NCBI GenBank assembly: GCA_964291265.2
Contig: OZ219747.1
Location: 1,024,001-1,088,000 of the forward strand
Origin: Alphaproteobacteria bacterium
GTDB lineage: Bacteria > Pseudomonadota > Alphaproteobacteria > SP197
Direction: 5' to 3'
DNA length: 64,000 nucleotides
Below are positions 60,428 to 64,000 of this stretch, in pieces. The translations under genes were made by a program, and so were the position numbers. Under the pieces are notes generated by a model. The model saw nothing but the letters and a program-made list of their open reading frames with translations. It did no database searches and was not told the origin of the DNA. How positions within the stretch are numbered: position 1 is the stretch's first letter; each line of letters starts with the position of its first letter.

Positions 60428-62031
60428 GGTCCGGCCTCCCGGATGAGGCGCAGGCCCGGCGAGTCGTGCATGGCGTCGGCTTCCGGGATCTCGTCGGTGC
60501 GCGCGCCCTTGGCCAGGGCGTCGAGGGGATCGACGAGGCCGCGGGCGACGCTCCTCCAGATGCGCCGGGCGATGGGGACGCCGCCCATCTCCCCCGTCCA
60601 GTGCCGCCAGGCCGCGATGGGGTCGCGGCGGGCGACGTGGACGAGCCAGTCGGCGTCCGGGCGGATCATCTCCGCCACCACCTGCTGGCGCGTGTAGCCC
60701 GTCCAGGCCTGGCGGGCGATGGCGTTGGCGTCCGCGCGGCGGCAGGCGGCGCAGCCGGCGCGGTTGCGCCAGCGAGGCCGCGTGCCGAGGCGCTCGAGGT
60801 GGCGGGCGAGCCAGTCCGGCAGGGACCCCGCCGGCGGCTCGTGGAGGGCGCAGCCCTGGCAGAGCATGGGGAGCAGGGTCTGCTTCATGAGGAGCGCCAC
60901 GTTGCCTGGCTTGGTCAGGGTCGACGGCTCGACCCCCATGTCGAGCAGACGGAAGAGGATCGCGTTGGCGCTGTCGACGTGGATCGTCGTCCACACCTGG
61001 TGGCCCGTGTCGACGAACTGCAGGACCTGGCTCGCGGCGTCGTGGTCGCGGATCTCGGAGACCATGCCGGAGGCCGGGTGGACCCGGCAGAAGTGCATCA
61101 GCGCCCTCCTGAAGTGCATGGACCGCTCGTCCCCGGACCCCGATGTCGGCACGGCGATCTGCACGGCCCCGTCAATGCGGTACTCCACGGGGTCCTCCAG
61201 GGTGACGAGGTTGAGCTCGCCGCCGTGCTCGGCCTGCTGCAGGGCGAGGTTGACGGCAAGCGTCGTCGACTTGCCGTCGCCCGTGGAGCCGCCGAGGAAG
61301 ATGCCGCCCGAGAGCGACATCCTGACCTCGGCGAAGACCGCCGCCTCGGCCGCCTCGAACCCCAGCTTCTCCAGGGTCATGCCCGCTTCGAGCTGGTCGC
61401 GGTAGAAGAGGCGGCAGAACATGTGGTCGCCGCCCGGATCGTGCGGCCCCCTCTGGCAGCGCAGGCCGGAGACCGAGGGCGGCAGAGGCACCTCGCCGCC
61501 GGAGCGGATCGAGAACCCCTGGAACTCGCCCCGCTGGTAGGATGTCTGGGCCGAACCCTCGTCCTTGGCGTGGAAGAGATAGCCCATCAGCTGGCGGCCC
61601 TCCTCCCCGGGAATGGGATGGCCGAGCGCCAGCTTGGCGTCGTTGACGATGGCCGAGAGGCGGCACTCCACCCCGTCGTGCTCGAAGATGACGTCCGATG
61701 CCCGGGCCTGGGCGGCGTCGCGGAAGACCGCCGCGATCCTCCTCTTCAGATCCTCGTTCCCGGCCGTCGCCGGCCGGGCGAAGCGCCAGGCCCGGTCGAC
61801 GTCCTCGAGGGTGCCGGTCGTCTCCTGCAGGCGCTTCGGCACGCGGCCCTTGGCCTTGAGCTGACTGATGGCGCGGCGCAGCTCGGGATCGCTCTCGTAG
61901 CCCCGGGCGATGAGGCAGCGGCCGTCCGCCCGGATGGCGGCGATGCGATGCAGGCGGGCGTGGCCGGCGAGGAAGGGCACCGGGTGGTCCCCCTTCCCCT
62001 GGGGCGGCCGCTTGCGGAAGAGGTCGATCAT
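60424..62031 (-). CDS. Type IV pilus assembly ATPase (PilQ/GspE-like)
   Basis: ASDVIF, GSTGDGKSTTL, VTLEDPVEY, MVSEIRD, DTGHQVWTTIH, CQGC..CAAC. Confidence 0.9.
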   Translation of the reverse strand: MIDLFRKRPPQGKGDHPVPFLAGHARLHRIAAIRADGRCLIARGYESDPELRRAISQLKAKGRVPKRLQETTGTLEDVDRAWRFARPATAGNEDLKRRIAAVFRDAAQARASDVIFEHDGVECRLSAIVNDAKLALGHPIPGEEGRQLMGYLFHAKDEGSAQTSYQRGEFQGFSIRSGGEVPLPPSVSGLRCQRGPHDPGGDHMFCRLFYRDQLEAGMTLEKLGFEAAEAAVFAEVRMSLSGGIFLGGSTGDGKSTTLAVNLALQQAEHGGELNLVTLEDPVEYRIDGAVQIAVPTSGSGDERSMHFRRALMHFCRVHPASGMVSEIRDHDAASQVLQFVDTGHQVWTTIHVDSANAILFRLLDMGVEPSTLTKPGNVALLMKQTLLPMLCQGCALHEPPAGSLPDWLARHLERLGTRPRWRNRAGCAACRRADANAIARQAWTGYTRQQVVAEMIRPDADWLVHVARRDPIAAWRHWTGEMGGVPIARRIWRSVARGLVDPLDALAKGARTDEIPEADAMHDSPGLRLIREAGP

Positions 62032-62849
62032 CCGCCGTCCCCGTTGCCGTGGGCGAGCGCCCAGTCGCCGGTCTCCGCGTGGCGCAGGCTCACTCCCGGC
62101 GGCTGCGCGGCGATGCGGATGACCTGCCAGCCGCCCGGCAGGTGATCGCCCTCGCGCACCCACCACACGCGGGCGCCGTCGGTCACCGCGGCGCGCATGT
62201 TCCCCGCCGTCCCCAGCATGGTCGACCAGGCGTAGGGCGGCGCCGGGTCCTCCTCCTCCTCGACCGCCTCCGGTTCGCTCTCCTGCAGGATGGTGGGCAG
62301 GGTCAGCTGCTCGAGGGCCTGGAGAGGAGGCGGCTCCGGGGCGATCACCGGGGATGTGTCGGCGGCCAGCGGCGCGGTGTCGGTCCCGGCCTCGCCGCGG
62401 GCCAGCACCGCCATCTGCAGCTCGGCCTCGAGGAGTGCGCCCACCAGCTGCTGGCGCTCCAGGCACAGGCGCAGCAGTTCGTCCTCCAGGGCCGCCGCCG
62501 CCAGGATGTCGTCCGGGGCCACGGCGGCGGCAAGGCGGGTTCTCAGGAAGTCGATGGCGCAGTCGGCCATCGGCGGGCCTTCCCCGGCGTCCGGGGCCGT
62601 CAGCATGGTGACGATGGCGGCGGTGGCCTCGTCGAGATCCGGCGCCGCCGGTTCCTGCGTCACCGGCTCTTCCTCAGGCTGAGCCGCGCCGATCACCGTC
62701 ACCTCCGCCTCCGCCGGTTCGTCCGGCGGCAACGGCAGGGGCAGCTGCTCCTCGGCGGCCAGCGGCGCGGCGAGGAGGGCGAGGACGAGGACCGCCGGCT
62801 TGATGACGCCCGCGGGCCGGGCGGCGGCATGGATGGCGGCGGCGGTCAC
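62028..62849 (-). CDS. Type IV pilus biogenesis protein, PilP-like
   Basis: Signal peptide, coiled segment, C-terminal beta domain ..G...RAAV......VREGD.LPGGWQVIRI....V; directly upstream of the ATPase as in pilP-pilQ-pilR-pilS operons. Confidence 0.65.
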   Translation of the reverse strand: MTAAAIHAAARPAGVIKPAVLVLALLAAPLAAEEQLPLPLPPDEPAEAEVTVIGAAQPEEEPVTQEPAAPDLDEATAAIVTMLTAPDAGEGPPMADCAIDFLRTRLAAAVAPDDILAAAALEDELLRLCLERQQLVGALLEAELQMAVLARGEAGTDTAPLAADTSPVIAPEPPPLQALEQLTLPTILQESEPEAVEEEEDPAPPYAWSTMLGTAGNMRAAVTDGARVWWVREGDHLPGGWQVIRIAAQPPGVSLRHAETGDWALAHGNGDGG

Positions 62850-62893
62850 CGGCTCATCCCGCGCCGGCCTCGTAGCCGGCGTGGGCCGCGAGG

Positions 62894-64000
62894 CAAAGGC
62901 ATTCGGATAAGTTTTTCCTGCGTTCGGATAAAAAAGTCCCCCGACTTCGGGTTTTGCCCGAAGCCGGGGGCCTGTCTGGCGGCTGGCGTTGGTGTCAGGC
63001 GGGTACCCGTTTCTGCCACTTGCTCCTTGGCTGCTTCGACTGCCGCACGTAGCTGCGCCCGGGCCTTTCGCGCTGGATGCAGCGCGAGAGCCCGGACATG
63101 ATCCGCCTGACGGACTGGACGACCATGGCGCTCTGTGCGAGGAACATGGCCTCGATCTCCTTGCCGACGAGGCGCAGGCTGTTGCGGAAGTTGGTGCGCA
63201 TGGCCGGCAGGTCGTCGCCGTCGTCGATGTCGTTGTCGCAGCGGTTCGCGAACTGGCGGGCGAGGGTGATGAGGACGAAGGCGGCGTAGAGTTCCTGGCG
63301 GACGCCGCGCCTGGACTTGGCGTGGAAGGCCTCGATCAGGAACTTGCCGGTCTTGTACATTTCCTCCACGCCCCAACGAGCATGATAGAGATCAGAGAGT
63401 GCGGGGACGGGATAGCGGCTGCCGTCGAGCAGGGAGGTCGCGATGTAGTACTCCGTGTCGGCATACCGGTACCTGACGAGGCGGACGCGCAGGGTCTTCG
63501 AGCGTAGCGCGGTCTCGTCCCTGGGGGCGTCGAGGGTGATGGTCCGGTCGTCCTCGCCGGAGGCGATGAAGGCGTCGAACACGGGGTTGGCGCCTTTCTG
63601 GATGCGGAACACGAAGTTGAGTTTGCGCTCCTGATGAGCGAGGGCCATGGCGAAGGAGTAGTAGCCCCGGTCGTAGACGATGACATCGCCTTCGGCAGCA
63701 TGGTCGAGGTGCACGAGGGCGGCTGCCCGCTCGTTCTCGTGGTCGAACAGGTCGAAGTCGATCGGGATGCGGTCATTGAGCCGGTAGAGTGTGCTGACCA
63801 TGCCCTGGGGGTAGTGGGCGCCGTCGCTCACACGATAGCCGTACTGTGCGAGTTCCCTGGGCAGGGTGATCTTCGAGCCGTCGACGGCGAGAGTCCTGTG
63901 ACCCTTCCACAGCGTGCACTCGGGACAGTGGGCGAGGATCTCCGCGTGCAGGCGCTTGAACGCGGCCTCGTCGAGCTTCTCCCGCGCCTCGCAGGCCGTC
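62894..64000 (-). mobile_element. IS4-family element, partial, interrupting the pilus operon
   Basis: Candidate terminus CAAAGGCATTCGGATAAG at 62894, 100 bp beyond the transposase stop. Confidence 0.65.
62995..64000 (-). CDS. IS4-family DDE transposase; 5' end outside the window
   Basis: EAREKL, WKGHRTLAVDGS, VYDRGYYS, FVFRI, LYHARWGVEEMYKTGK (Y-2-R-3-E-6-K). Confidence 0.88.
   Translation of the reverse strand, partial: TACEAREKLDEAAFKRLHAEILAHCPECTLWKGHRTLAVDGSKITLPRELAQYGYRVSDGAHYPQGMVSTLYRLNDRIPIDFDLFDHENERAAALVHLDHAAEGDVIVYDRGYYSFAMALAHQERKLNFVFRIQKGANPVFDAFIASGEDDRTITLDAPRDETALRSKTLRVRLVRYRYADTEYYIATSLLDGSRYPVPALSDLYHARWGVEEMYKTGKFLIEAFHAKSRRGVRQELYAAFVLITLARQFANRCDNDIDDGDDLPAMRTNFRNSLRLVGKEIEAMFLAQSAMVVQSVRRIMSGLSRCIQRERPGRSYVRQSKQPRSKWQKRVPA

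Larger units (their letters stand above)
9152..64000. mobile_element. Integrated conjugative element / integrated repC-type plasmid, partly decayed; right end not in window
   Basis: Housekeeping genes stop at the tRNA. What follows is rep, par, recombinase, relaxase, ardC, a virD4 fragment, a type IVb pilus operon, defence genes and IS elements. No attR copy of the tRNA was seen. Confidence 0.85.

Noticed and set aside
62846-63376. 176-aa minus-strand ORF as the gene upstream of pilP
   Set aside because: Mostly an alternative frame of the IS4 transposase; only about 45 bp of the interrupted native gene remain.

Overview
GC-rich alphaproteobacterial chromosome segment. Positions 1-9151 are housekeeping genes: AEC transporter, HlyC/CorC, VOC protein, aroB, aroK, xerD, malyl-CoA lyase, accA and tRNA-Arg(ACG). 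Right after the tRNA a large, partly decayed conjugative island begins and runs off the right end of the window. Its backbone has a RepC-type initiator (candidate internal origin, candidate antisense RNA), a large serine recombinase, a type Ib parA/parG pair flanked by TTGCGCAA arrays, and a candidate oriT with a 1961-aa MOB-F relaxase-helicase-Toprim fusion. Between par and oriT lie a class II ribonucleotide reductase, a nucleoside deoxyribosyltransferase-family fusion and a PilP-thermonuclease chimera. After the relaxase come three SH3/Tudor-like repeats and three ArdC paralogues with a shared C-terminal domain. A defence-type block follows (SF1 helicase-Vsr, split membrane-anchored Cas4-like nuclease, GHKL ATPase-REase, truncated C5 methyltransferase, DUF5131, type IIG R-M, resolvase). 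A 5.3-kb IS21-type element carrying a Toprim gene sits between a truncated virD4 and a truncated pilin, followed by a type IVb pilus operon with an expanded membrane-protein repeat and a partial IS4 at the window edge. Internal duplication and loss of toxic or catalytic partners recur throughout. All family calls come from reading motifs by eye; no database searches were run.
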